A stretch of DNA of 31,660 nt from a virus (Duplodnaviria; Caudoviricetes). Below the pieces are notes generated by a model. That model had not been told where the DNA came from, ran no database searches, and worked only from the letters and a program-made list of their open reading frames with translations. Of this stretch, positions 9,373 to 19,293 are shown one piece after another. The stretch lies in the IMG/VR virus record IMGVR_UViG_3300030207_001746, positions 1 to 31,660 of that record, one strand, 5' to 3'. How positions within the stretch are numbered: position 1 is the stretch's first letter; the number at the start of each line of letters is the position of its first letter. Made by a program: the position numbers and the translations under genes.

Positions 9373-12300
9373 ATGCCAGTAGTAACACATAACTTTTCTC
9401 AAGGCAAGATGAACAAGGACATGGACGAGCGCCTTGTTCCTAATGGTCAATATAGAGAAGCAACGAATATACAGATAGCTACTTCAGATGGTTCTAACGT
9501 GGGTACTGCTCAAACTTTATTGGGTAATATTAAACGAGATACTATAAAAGTAGATACTGCCCCTGGCTATGTCTATGATGTTGCAGATACATCTACAGTA
9601 GTTGGCTGTATTAGTGATCCAGCAACAGACAATATATATTACTTTGTTTCTTCTGGTGATTTAAATAACGCTGAAGGTTCTCCAGCTATATCTAAAGACT
9701 ATATTATACAGTTTGATACTGTGGCAAGAAGTCTAAAATATGTTTTCGTAGATATATTTAAAGTAAAAGTTACTATTGCGCAGGCTAGCACTAGTAGCCA
9801 AGAGTTTTTATATATACCTAAAGGAAGTGACGTAACAAACCAAGCCGGTGGCACTCACCTTGCTAGTGCATTTAACTTTACTGGTGTTAGAATAGGTATG
9901 CATGTTACAGGCGTACTAGGAGACAACACATATAGCGTTACTGATGATATTAGAGTATCAGATATTATATACAACGCTGGTAACTCTAGCTATAAAATAA
10001 TGTTAGAGCAAAACGGCACTGCTTTTACGCCACCTACCGGTGTAGATGTTGGTGATGCTATAGAGTTTGTAGCACCAAGAGTTTTAAACTTTAACAAAAA
10101 CGTTTATATTACCGCTATAAACATATTAGATGATTTTTTGTTTTGGACTGACAACGTGTCTGAACCAAAAAAAATAAGTATATCTAGATCTATAGCAGGA
10201 ACAGGTGGTTTGAGATCAAGCAAGGGAGATACAAGTCCGTTAACAGGTTTTGCTAACGCCAATACGTCTCTTAGTTATATGACTTTTACTGGATCATTAC
10301 CGTTTTTTAATACTAGACTAGTAACTAGAACTGGTTCAATGACTTTAGCCGGTTACTCGGTTGACATATTAGGAACACCAGCTGTCATTACTAGAAATGA
10401 TAATAAACGACCTGTTTTTGTAGATGAAAGCCATATAACAGTAATAAAGCCATCACCTACACAAGCTCCAGTAATAGATGCTTTTAGAACTTCAGTACCT
10501 AGAGTTAACTCTTCTGGCGTAGAAAACCCATTGCACGGAACAATATCAAATAAATCATTCTTTGTAGATAACCAACCATTAAACAACGGAGATACCACTA
10601 GTTTTGCTCTTGACCAAGGTGCTCATTTTAAAAATGGAGATAGACTAAAACTTGTGCGACAGTCAGCGTCGACTCAAGGACCAATAGAGTTTGAAGATTA
10701 CGATATTCTAGCAAGAGTAACAAGTAATGGTACTACAGATCCTGACTCTTTACACAGTGGCTACAACATAGAAATAATATCGATGAGCAGCGAAGTATCA
10801 TCAGATGATTTAACTTGGTATGTTAGAATTGATCCAGGCGATACTTTGTTTGATTTTAAGTTTCCAAGATTTTCATACAGATATAAATTTGAAGATGGAG
10901 AATACTCTACGTTTGCTCCGTTTTCAGCGGTTGCTTTTTTAACTGGCCCTTACGACTTTATTCCAGAGCAAGGTTATAATCTTGGTATGATTAATCAAAC
11001 AAAAAGTCTTAGAATAAAAGGTTATCACCCTCAAGAATTTGATATACCTCAAGATGTTGTAGAAATAGATATACTATACAAGGAAACTAATAATCCTACA
11101 GTATATATTGTAAAAACAATAAAGCCTAGCGATGGGCATCCTATGTGGCCAGATCAAGGAAACTCTTTTTCAACAACATCAAGAGGAGAGATAGTTTTAG
11201 ATACAGATACTATTTACAGAACAGTACCTTCTAATCAACTACTTCGTCCTTACGATAACGTACCGCGTCTTGCGCAAGCACAAGAAATAAGCGCTAATAG
11301 ACTTATATATGGTAATTACTTACAGAACTACACGGTAGAAAAAGATCCTAAGTTAATCGTAGGATTTGAGTCTATTAACACTAGTTTAATAGGTGGTGAT
11401 TACGCGCCTCCGTCAGTAAAGTCTGATAGATTATATGAAGTTGGAGTAGTTTTTAGTGATAAATACGGTAGAGAAACGCCAGTAATATCATCTAAGGAGT
11501 CTACTGTAAAAGTTCCACATGCAGTAGCTGATAAAAGAAATAGATTAACTGTAAAGTTTGATATAGAAAACCTAGTTATTCCTTCTTGGGCGGAGTATTT
11601 TTCTTTTTATGTAAAAGATTCTTCTGACGAGTATTACAATATGACGATGGACAGATGGTATTATACGTCTGATGAAAACATATGGCTTTCGTTTCCTTCG
11701 TCTGAAAGAAATAAAATAACTGAAGACTCTTATATAACTCTAAAGAAAAACCATGGATCAAATGCTTACGCTGACAAAAAAGCTAGATATAAAGTTATAG
11801 ATATATCTAATGAAGTACCAGACGAAGTTAAAACAACAAGACAAAACCTTGGTAGCATTGATGTTTTTGAAGGGGCTACAGCCGCATTTGATGCTGCTAT
11901 TGGTGATGACCTTGAAAGTGGATATCCTGCTATAGGCGCAACCTTTATCACTGTAGATAGAACTTATTTTGAAGACGCTTTTGGAGATAACCTTCAAATA
12001 AAAACTCCTGATAATCTTCAGTTGCGCTTTTACGGACCAACTGATAATATGGCTTCTGAGTTATATCCCATAACAAACTTAAGTCAAATAGGTGATGAAA
12101 ATGGAGATTACAGACTAAAAATTGAAGGCATGTTTGGTCCAGACGTTGAGTTTATATTAGGCTCTCAACAGAACCCTGAACTCATGCGTTCTGATCTTGT
12201 ACTCACTTTATTTGCCGATGATACAAAAATGAAACCAGAGTATACTGGTAGATTTTTTGTAAAAATATTTAAAGACGATTTACTAGAGCAGTATATAATA

Positions 12301-15300
12301 GATCAAACAGACAGTCTTGATCAGCAATACGAGATTCTTGCTACGTGGGGTCTTAGGTATTTAAACAACAACGGTTATTGGAATGCGGGTATATATGGGT
12401 CGTCAGCTTTAGGTGTTGTACCATATAACGCAAAAGAGTGGGGAGCAGCTACTGGAACTAACTTTGAAATACTCCACGGATTTGCTGGTGCCATTGGTAG
12501 CACTTTAGCCCATCCTGGCCAACACCCTACAGAACACGTTTGGACTAATTATACTGGTGATGGTTTTAGTGATCAAACTGCTTATTATTGGGGAGGTGGA
12601 AGCGGTAGCACTTCTGATGACGCTAATGATAATTTTGATGTGTTTGGTGTTAGAGCAGGAGATTTATATTCTGACTTAGGTGGAGGAACATCAAGCGCTA
12701 GTGATGACATAGGTCCATTAAGTCCTTTAGTTGGTATTGGAAGTGGTTCTAATCAATCAGACGCCGAAGAATTTTGGTTAGGTATGGCTGGTCTTAAAGA
12801 CTTCTTTATTGATGCGTGCACAGCATACTCTTGGACTGGTAAGGGTAATCAATCTGATTATGCGCCTGACGACGATACTCCTGGAAATAACTATACGAAC
12901 AAAGAACACAAAGACGGTCAATCGTTTGATAAAAGCGAAACAGCTGCTCAAGAAGAAGATTCTGTAGCTCCACACTTTGGCACACATCAACATTTAGCAG
13001 GTAATACAGGTTATAGAAGAGGTCAACCAAGCAGAGGCATATGGGCTAATGGCGAGTGTATGGATATATCTTGGACTGGCATGGGCGCTGGGCATACAGG
13101 TGGCACGTTAAATAACAACGACTTTCCAATAGCTCACCAACTTAAAGATGTTCAAGACTCTAATATATACTCTGCGGCGTGGAAATTTATGAGGAAACTA
13201 TGTACTCCAGGCACTAGGTTTAGGTTTCAACGAGATCCTGACGGTCAAGTTTATACAACAAAGTCTTTTCACAACTTTTCAGCTGGATCAAATGAAATAG
13301 GTTGGAGCAATCAATCGAATAATCCAGGCCACGATAAAGCGGAAAACAATAACTATAATGGTTCAGACACGGGTTTTGACGGATCAATATATTTTTCTGG
13401 AACTAATAAATACACTGGTGTATTTGGTATTAGAAACCACTGGACAAATAACCAGAATGATCAATATTATGGTCACAACTTAAGACAGCGCTGGACAATA
13501 GTAGTAGACCCACCTATAGGATCTCAAGGTTCTAAGTATAATCCTATACATGGTACTGATCCAAATATAGTAACTAGTACTGACGATCCAAAGTTTAGAA
13601 GAGCGTTAAGACATGATGCCGGCATGGGTGCGCAACCAGCAAACTCTTCTTATCCTACTGACAATAGAAAAGATGCAATACAAATTGTTAGACCTTTTGA
13701 CGATGTAAACAGTGATCATTTTGCGTCTGATGCAGCGGTGTGGGAGACTGAGCCAAAAGAAGTTCCTGATCTAGATATATATTATCAAGCTAGTAATTTA
13801 AATCCTATTTACATTACAGATAAAACAAAAGAAAACGTAATACCAATAGGCTCTACTTTTACTACAAAATCATACCAGCTATTTCAAGACGCAACTCTTG
13901 ACCCTGAGTTACAAGTAATCACACATACAGTTACTAGTTGGTCTGGTACTAACGAAATTACATTTACCCCTGCTACTAGCGGAATAAACGCGTATTTCCC
14001 ATCAAGTGGTGTTTCGCAAAACACGGGAACTCAAAACAATATTACTGTTGAAAGGCCGGATGGTTCTAATCTTAATTTACACCTAATAGGTACGACTGGT
14101 AATGGTAACACTACTTTAAAAGTAAAAGGAACTCGAGGCACTGCTTTATCTAGTCAGCTAATATCTAGAGAATATAAGTTACCTTGGAGCAATTGTTGGG
14201 CTTTTGGTAATGGCGTAGAGTCTGACAGAATACGTGACGACTTTAACGCGGTGCAAATGGATACTGGCGTAAAAGCTTCTACTGTACTACCAGGTACTTT
14301 AAAAGAAGAGAGAAGAAAGCACGGTATGATTTGGTCTGGTATTTATAATTCTAATTCTGGCGTTAATGATACAAACCAATTTATACAAGCTGAGCCTATA
14401 ACAAAAGATATTAACCCCGTTTACGGTAGCATACAAAGACTTTATAATAGAAACACAAGATTAATCATAATGTGTGAAGATAAAATCCTTAGAGCAGAGA
14501 CTAACAAGGATATGTTATTTAACGCAGATGGTAATTCTCAAGTTGTAGCTAGCAACAAAGTCATTGGATCAGCAACAGCGTATCAAGGGAACTATGGTAT
14601 TGGAAAAAATCCTGAGTCATTTGCGGCGACTCCTTACAACATATATTTTGCTGACGTATTTAGAGGTCATGTACTAGTTCTAAGTGGAGAAGGTGTAAGA
14701 TCTATATCTAACAAAGGTATGAGAGATTATTTTGCTGACTTGTTTGCTAAAGACGTAGATAAAGTTGTTGGTAGTTATGACGTCAAAAAAGGTGAGTATA
14801 ATATAGCCGTGTCTAAAAAAGTTAGTGCTTCACAAATACTACCTTCTGAACAAGCAGTAGTTTCTTTTAACGAGATGTCAGATGGGTGGACTAGCTTTAA
14901 AACGTTTTATGTAAGTTCTACTATAGGTGGAAACACTTTTTTTAGAACAATGGAAGATGGCATTAGCTTAAATAATAAATACTATACTTTTTTAAATGGC
15001 CATATATGGGAGCATCACGAAAACGAAACAAGAAATAATTTCTATGGTACTCAATACACTTCAGACGTAACCGTAATATTTAACGATAATCCAGAAAGCG
15101 TTAAGAGCTGGGGCGCTATAGCATACGAAGGTACTGCTGGTAGAATAACTAATTTCGATACAGAAAGCAGCAGCTCTTGGTTAACTGGTGATTATAGCTC
15201 TGGATATGGACTTGAAACAAACAGCTCTATAACAGACGGCGAATACTATAACATTGAAGCAACAACAGCTGGCTGGTATATTGACAACATATATACCAAC

Positions 15301-15552
15301 TTACAAGAGTGTGGTGAAATTGAGTTTAAAAATAAAGAAGGTAAATACTACGGGTATCCTAGTGGAGTAACTACAGCATTAACTAATTTAGATGAAAGAG
15401 AGTTTACAGTTCAAGGTTTAGGTACTGCTTCATTAGCTCATAGCAGCCCTAGTCTTGGAGAAAGTTTAACAATAACAGTCGCAAATAATACTTCTACAAG
15501 CTACGTTGGAGCTGATGGTAGCGGTGATATTTGGGACGCAACAGCGGATTAA
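9373..15552 (+). CDS. Tail muzzle/stabilisation protein (P22 gp10/crAss muzzle-like, 2059 aa)
   Basis: The N-terminus NFSQGKMNKDMDERLVPNGQYREATNI and the motifs FWTDNVSEPKKI, NRLIYGNYLQ, YEVGVVFSDKYGRETPV, YGIGKNPESFA and SISNKGMRDYF match the beta-propeller nozzle proteins I recall from Bacteroidota podoviruses. Confidence 0.75.
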   Translation: MPVVTHNFSQGKMNKDMDERLVPNGQYREATNIQIATSDGSNVGTAQTLLGNIKRDTIKVDTAPGYVYDVADTSTVVGCISDPATDNIYYFVSSGDLNNAEGSPAISKDYIIQFDTVARSLKYVFVDIFKVKVTIAQASTSSQEFLYIPKGSDVTNQAGGTHLASAFNFTGVRIGMHVTGVLGDNTYSVTDDIRVSDIIYNAGNSSYKIMLEQNGTAFTPPTGVDVGDAIEFVAPRVLNFNKNVYITAINILDDFLFWTDNVSEPKKISISRSIAGTGGLRSSKGDTSPLTGFANANTSLSYMTFTGSLPFFNTRLVTRTGSMTLAGYSVDILGTPAVITRNDNKRPVFVDESHITVIKPSPTQAPVIDAFRTSVPRVNSSGVENPLHGTISNKSFFVDNQPLNNGDTTSFALDQGAHFKNGDRLKLVRQSASTQGPIEFEDYDILARVTSNGTTDPDSLHSGYNIEIISMSSEVSSDDLTWYVRIDPGDTLFDFKFPRFSYRYKFEDGEYSTFAPFSAVAFLTGPYDFIPEQGYNLGMINQTKSLRIKGYHPQEFDIPQDVVEIDILYKETNNPTVYIVKTIKPSDGHPMWPDQGNSFSTTSRGEIVLDTDTIYRTVPSNQLLRPYDNVPRLAQAQEISANRLIYGNYLQNYTVEKDPKLIVGFESINTSLIGGDYAPPSVKSDRLYEVGVVFSDKYGRETPVISSKESTVKVPHAVADKRNRLTVKFDIENLVIPSWAEYFSFYVKDSSDEYYNMTMDRWYYTSDENIWLSFPSSERNKITEDSYITLKKNHGSNAYADKKARYKVIDISNEVPDEVKTTRQNLGSIDVFEGATAAFDAAIGDDLESGYPAIGATFITVDRTYFEDAFGDNLQIKTPDNLQLRFYGPTDNMASELYPITNLSQIGDENGDYRLKIEGMFGPDVEFILGSQQNPELMRSDLVLTLFADDTKMKPEYTGRFFVKIFKDDLLEQYIIDQTDSLDQQYEILATWGLRYLNNNGYWNAGIYGSSALGVVPYNAKEWGAATGTNFEILHGFAGAIGSTLAHPGQHPTEHVWTNYTGDGFSDQTAYYWGGGSGSTSDDANDNFDVFGVRAGDLYSDLGGGTSSASDDIGPLSPLVGIGSGSNQSDAEEFWLGMAGLKDFFIDACTAYSWTGKGNQSDYAPDDDTPGNNYTNKEHKDGQSFDKSETAAQEEDSVAPHFGTHQHLAGNTGYRRGQPSRGIWANGECMDISWTGMGAGHTGGTLNNNDFPIAHQLKDVQDSNIYSAAWKFMRKLCTPGTRFRFQRDPDGQVYTTKSFHNFSAGSNEIGWSNQSNNPGHDKAENNNYNGSDTGFDGSIYFSGTNKYTGVFGIRNHWTNNQNDQYYGHNLRQRWTIVVDPPIGSQGSKYNPIHGTDPNIVTSTDDPKFRRALRHDAGMGAQPANSSYPTDNRKDAIQIVRPFDDVNSDHFASDAAVWETEPKEVPDLDIYYQASNLNPIYITDKTKENVIPIGSTFTTKSYQLFQDATLDPELQVITHTVTSWSGTNEITFTPATSGINAYFPSSGVSQNTGTQNNITVERPDGSNLNLHLIGTTGNGNTTLKVKGTRGTALSSQLISREYKLPWSNCWAFGNGVESDRIRDDFNAVQMDTGVKASTVLPGTLKEERRKHGMIWSGIYNSNSGVNDTNQFIQAEPITKDINPVYGSIQRLYNRNTRLIIMCEDKILRAETNKDMLFNADGNSQVVASNKVIGSATAYQGNYGIGKNPESFAATPYNIYFADVFRGHVLVLSGEGVRSISNKGMRDYFADLFAKDVDKVVGSYDVKKGEYNIAVSKKVSASQILPSEQAVVSFNEMSDGWTSFKTFYVSSTIGGNTFFRTMEDGISLNNKYYTFLNGHIWEHHENETRNNFYGTQYTSDVTVIFNDNPESVKSWGAIAYEGTAGRITNFDTESSSSWLTGDYSSGYGLETNSSITDGEYYNIEATTAGWYIDNIYTNLQECGEIEFKNKEGKYYGYPSGVTTALTNLDEREFTVQGLGTASLAHSSPSLGESLTITVANNTSTSYVGADGSGDIWDATAD

Positions 15553-15553
15553 T

Positions 15554-17710
15554 ATGGCAGACTGGTACGTAATATCAAATACATTTGATGCGGTTGGTGG
15601 AACCGCTGAAGCCGGGCAAACGGTAGAGCTTGAAATCACAGCGATGAATCCAGATTCTACAGCTGCAAATGATTGGAGTGGTGCGTTTATTAAAAAAGAA
15701 AACTTTAAAATCGGTGGAGCTACGGAAAGTCCTACTAATACTTGGACTGGAGGTAACGTAGATACTCCAGTGTCTAAAGTAGTTTTTACAGATAATCCTG
15801 TTGATGGATCTTTAGTTGGAACACCTTTTAACAAGGTTAAAGCGACGGTACACTTAAACAGCTTTACTCCTTCTTCTGCATCTACTATATACGTAGATAT
15901 AGACGAGCAAGATCTAGCGCCTGTGTTTAACGGAAGTCACGATTTTGTTTTAGAAACTACTGTAGAATTAACAGACGATTCTTTATCTAGCAACCATACT
16001 GTTACCAATGTAAACCTAACTGATATTACAGAAACAACTGTAACTGCTGGATCTGTGTTTAGAAACTCTGCGTCTTTTTTATATGGTTCAGCTACAAACG
16101 TTATACAAGAAATAACTTTTGTGGCTGATACAGGTTATTTCTATGAATACGTTCCAAGCAGTTTTGTGTTTACCTTTGGAAGTGTTTTACCAGGTAATAT
16201 TAATAACTTGCTATACGTAGCAAGCGTACTAGATGAATCTATAACTGTTAATAGTTCTAATCAAATTACGGCGTTTACAGTAACAGTATTTGCAAACGTA
16301 CTACCTTTTCTTATGGGTTTTATTGATGATTTTACGATTAACGATGGTCATAAATTAAATTTTGAAGTTCCTTTAACAGCTATAGAAGTTACCGCGACTG
16401 ACATCGTAACAGAAGTAGAGGTTCCAAGCGAAGTGCCTTCTGATGGTGGTAATTTTGAAATAACAATAACTGGTCAACCAGGTTCTGTTGGAACTGTTAA
16501 TCTTTTTAAAACAGCAAGTCTAACAGACGGTACAATAAAAACCCCTTTTGCTAGTGATCTTCTTGAGCTTAGATTTAGCGAATATGATTTTGAAAATCAA
16601 GTTTTCACTGCGTTTGATGGCGCTTCTTTTGGTTTACCAGACATTAAATTCCAAGATAGAACTGGTGATCAATTTACGTTAGATGAAAACGGTAAAGCAA
16701 CTAAAGAGTTTAAGTTAGATCCAATTTATTACGAGAATACAGCTGGGACAGCGCAGAGGTATGATTTAATTATAGAAGATAGAGGTTCACAGAAAAAAGG
16801 TAAAATTACTAAAATAAACGCTTCACGTAAAAGTATTATACAAAGAGGCTTACTTACAGGTACAATAAGTTTATCAACACTTGAATCTTCTAACTTTGCC
16901 ACTCTTCCTTCTAATATAACCTTTACTAGACCAGAAAAAATAGCTGGTGATGTTCGCGGTCAACAAACAAACTCATATATTATACATAGAGGTGGTACTG
17001 GCGGAGTGTCTTCTACTAGGTTAACACTAAATACAGCTAATGAAAACATATTGCCTGGTATGCTTATTACAGGTAGCGGTATACCTCATGGAACAACGGT
17101 ATCAAGCGTGACAAATAATTCCATAATACTAAGCTCAGCTTCTACTGTAGAAAACGATACTAGACTTAGATTTGAAAGAAATGCGGTTGACGTAGTTCCT
17201 TTTTCATTTACTGTATCACCAGCGCCAGGCAAAGTTTTAAGCGTACAAGATAGCACCCATTTAAAAGTTGGTGGAGTTAACTCAGGTGACTTAAAAAGAT
17301 TTTTACAAGGCAGCGTTTCAAATAGCACTACTGTAAATCTTCTTGATGGAATTGGTATAATCACTGGCCTTAGTTTCTTAACAGTTCAGCCTTTTACAAC
17401 TGGGTATCACGGAACAAGAGGTATAGCGCCTGGTATGATTGTAAAAGATCCTGCTGACGGAACAATAGTAGGGACTGTAGCTTCTATAACTGACGTTAAC
17501 ACTTTTGAGATGGAAGCTGCTGGTTCTGTTTCTAGCGCATCTAGCGAAATTATAATTGAACCTGCGAATCCTCACGTTACTTTAATAAACATTCAAACAA
17601 GTAAAGTAGGTAACGATATTGTTATATCTGGTAATTTAAAAGTTAGAGAGTTAGAGAAAAGCTCTACGTTCCCGATATACATAGATTCATTAATTACAAC
17701 ACACAACTAA
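15554..17710 (+). CDS. Beta-rich tail-associated structural protein (718 aa)
   Basis: The ATG at 15554 (TAA-T-ATG junction) is preferred over the track's overlapping non-ATG start at 15506. T/S/V/G-rich with Ig-like strand patterns and two 'PGMxxxG/D...TVxS' repeats. Confidence 0.65.
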   Translation: MADWYVISNTFDAVGGTAEAGQTVELEITAMNPDSTAANDWSGAFIKKENFKIGGATESPTNTWTGGNVDTPVSKVVFTDNPVDGSLVGTPFNKVKATVHLNSFTPSSASTIYVDIDEQDLAPVFNGSHDFVLETTVELTDDSLSSNHTVTNVNLTDITETTVTAGSVFRNSASFLYGSATNVIQEITFVADTGYFYEYVPSSFVFTFGSVLPGNINNLLYVASVLDESITVNSSNQITAFTVTVFANVLPFLMGFIDDFTINDGHKLNFEVPLTAIEVTATDIVTEVEVPSEVPSDGGNFEITITGQPGSVGTVNLFKTASLTDGTIKTPFASDLLELRFSEYDFENQVFTAFDGASFGLPDIKFQDRTGDQFTLDENGKATKEFKLDPIYYENTAGTAQRYDLIIEDRGSQKKGKITKINASRKSIIQRGLLTGTISLSTLESSNFATLPSNITFTRPEKIAGDVRGQQTNSYIIHRGGTGGVSSTRLTLNTANENILPGMLITGSGIPHGTTVSSVTNNSIILSSASTVENDTRLRFERNAVDVVPFSFTVSPAPGKVLSVQDSTHLKVGGVNSGDLKRFLQGSVSNSTTVNLLDGIGIITGLSFLTVQPFTTGYHGTRGIAPGMIVKDPADGTIVGTVASITDVNTFEMEAAGSVSSASSEIIIEPANPHVTLINIQTSKVGNDIVISGNLKVRELEKSSTFPIYIDSLITTHN

Positions 17711-17711
17711 T

Positions 17712-18077
17712 ATGCCTTATTCTTTAACTCTAACGTTCTCTGCGCCGTTAAACTCTTCGTGTCAAGTTGGAGATACTGCGTATTATGTAGATACTTCAAG
17801 TGACGGTGGTTTTACAAAAAACAGTGGATCTGTTGTAGAAATAGGACAGATAAGACAGATAAACAACGCTGAGTCATCTAGCCCAGTAGTTATATGTGAC
17901 ACTATATTACCAGGCGCGTTAAATAGTACTAACAAGTTTGTATTGTTTAGCAAAGACAACAAAGCTAATTTAAGTTCTATATTAGGATACTATGCTAGCG
18001 TTAAGTTCGTAAACAACTCTACAACTGAAGCAGAGCTGTTCTCTATAGGCATGGATGCTTTTGAAAGTAGTAAATAA
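17712..18077 (+). CDS. Small tail protein, possibly the detached C-terminal part of the muzzle (121 aa)
   Basis: TAA-T-ATG coupling. It ends FVLFSKDNKANLSSILGYYASVKFVNNSTTEAELFSIG, which resembles the terminal strands of nozzle proteins (from recall). Confidence 0.6.
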   Translation: MPYSLTLTFSAPLNSSCQVGDTAYYVDTSSDGGFTKNSGSVVEIGQIRQINNAESSSPVVICDTILPGALNSTNKFVLFSKDNKANLSSILGYYASVKFVNNSTTEAELFSIGMDAFESSK

Positions 18078-18123
18078 ACACTAATAAGTGTAACTATATA
18101 TCAGTATACTTTAATTAAATTTA

Positions 18124-18597
18124 ATGACTGATAACAAGTTACAAAAAAGCTTTAGAAAAGCAGTAACGCAACTCGAGCAAGATCTGTTTGAATTAGCAGA
18201 CGGAGAAAACATTATAAAAGGTACTGAAGATAAGCCTATAGTTACTGATAGTCAAATACTACCGATAGAACATTTTTTCATGGAAGGTGTATACATACGC
18301 AAGATGACAATGCGTAAAGACTCAGCGGTAGTAGGCGCAATACATAAGCACTTACATATGTGCTTTCTAACAGAAGGGCACGTGTCTGTTGCAGATGAAA
18401 AAGGAACAAAAGAGTACATAGCGCCTTGTCATATAATAGCTACACCAGGTATTAAACGTGTCTTATATGCGCATGAAAATTCAGTGTGGTATAATACCCA
18501 TAAAAATCCTACAAACACAACTAACATAGACGAGATTGAACGAGAGACGGTGTCTGTAGATTATAAACAATACGATGAATACATTAAAAATAAATAG
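18124..18597 (+). CDS. Cupin-fold (double-stranded beta-helix) protein (157 aa)
   Basis: Cupin motif-1-like GAIHKHLHMCFLTEG and motif-2-like APCHIIATPGIKRVLYAHENSVWYNTH. Confidence 0.72.
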   Translation: MTDNKLQKSFRKAVTQLEQDLFELADGENIIKGTEDKPIVTDSQILPIEHFFMEGVYIRKMTMRKDSAVVGAIHKHLHMCFLTEGHVSVADEKGTKEYIAPCHIIATPGIKRVLYAHENSVWYNTHKNPTNTTNIDEIERETVSVDYKQYDEYIKNK

Positions 18598-18600
18598 ATC

Positions 18601-19284
18601 ATGAGTTTCGCATTAGTAGTAACAGGTGCGGTAACTGCTATTGGTGGTACTATTAAAGCTATTGATGGTGCTAAAAGATCCAAAGCAGCAGCAGAGGCGG
18701 CTAAAAAAGCGGCGGCAGATTTAGACGCGCAAAAAGAAATGTTTAAAGGATTAGACACAAGTAACCCTTATCTTAATATAGAAAACGCGTACGAAGATCT
18801 TACAATAAACCAGCAAGAGGCTGAGTTTATGAAGCAACAACAGATGCAGCAACAAGCTAATTTAATGCAAGGTATGCGTGGTGCTGCTGGTGGATCTGGT
18901 ATTGCTGCGCTGGCTCAAACGTTAGCTAATCAAGGTTCGTTAGATGCGCAGAAAGCAGCGGCATCAATTGGTACGCAAGAAGCTGCTAACCAGCAGAGAG
19001 CAGCTGATGAAACATCTAAACTTGCCAGCCTTGAACGTGAGGGCGAACTTATATCTAGACAAGCTGAGATGGGTAAGATAGAATCTCTCATGGGCATGTC
19101 GGCTGACGAACTAGCAGTTCAAAGAGAGGCTCAAAGACTAGCGCAGCAACAGAAAATGGAGGGTATACAACAAGGAGTGCAAGGTTTAGGAACTGCGGCT
19201 GTTGGTGGTATATCTAAAAGTATGGGTGATGATGGCGCAGAGTTTAGAAGCGAGTATATGAAAATGATGGCCGGATCAGAATAA
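18601..19284 (+). CDS. Putative small ejection/internal virion protein (T7 gp14-like slot, 227 aa)
   Basis: Hydrophobic Gly/Ala N-terminus (MSFALVVTGAVTAIGG), Q/A-rich coiled coil and Gly-rich amphipathic segments. It is the first of three genes of increasing size. Confidence 0.62.
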   Translation: MSFALVVTGAVTAIGGTIKAIDGAKRSKAAAEAAKKAAADLDAQKEMFKGLDTSNPYLNIENAYEDLTINQQEAEFMKQQQMQQQANLMQGMRGAAGGSGIAALAQTLANQGSLDAQKAAASIGTQEAANQQRAADETSKLASLEREGELISRQAEMGKIESLMGMSADELAVQREAQRLAQQQKMEGIQQGVQGLGTAAVGGISKSMGDDGAEFRSEYMKMMAGSE

Positions 19285-19293
19285 TAAAATAAT

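Noticed and set aside
15506-15553. Track start at 15506 for the 734-aa ORF
   Set aside because: It is a non-ATG start overlapping the muzzle gene. The ATG at 15554 follows the stop with the same TAA-T-ATG junction as the next gene.
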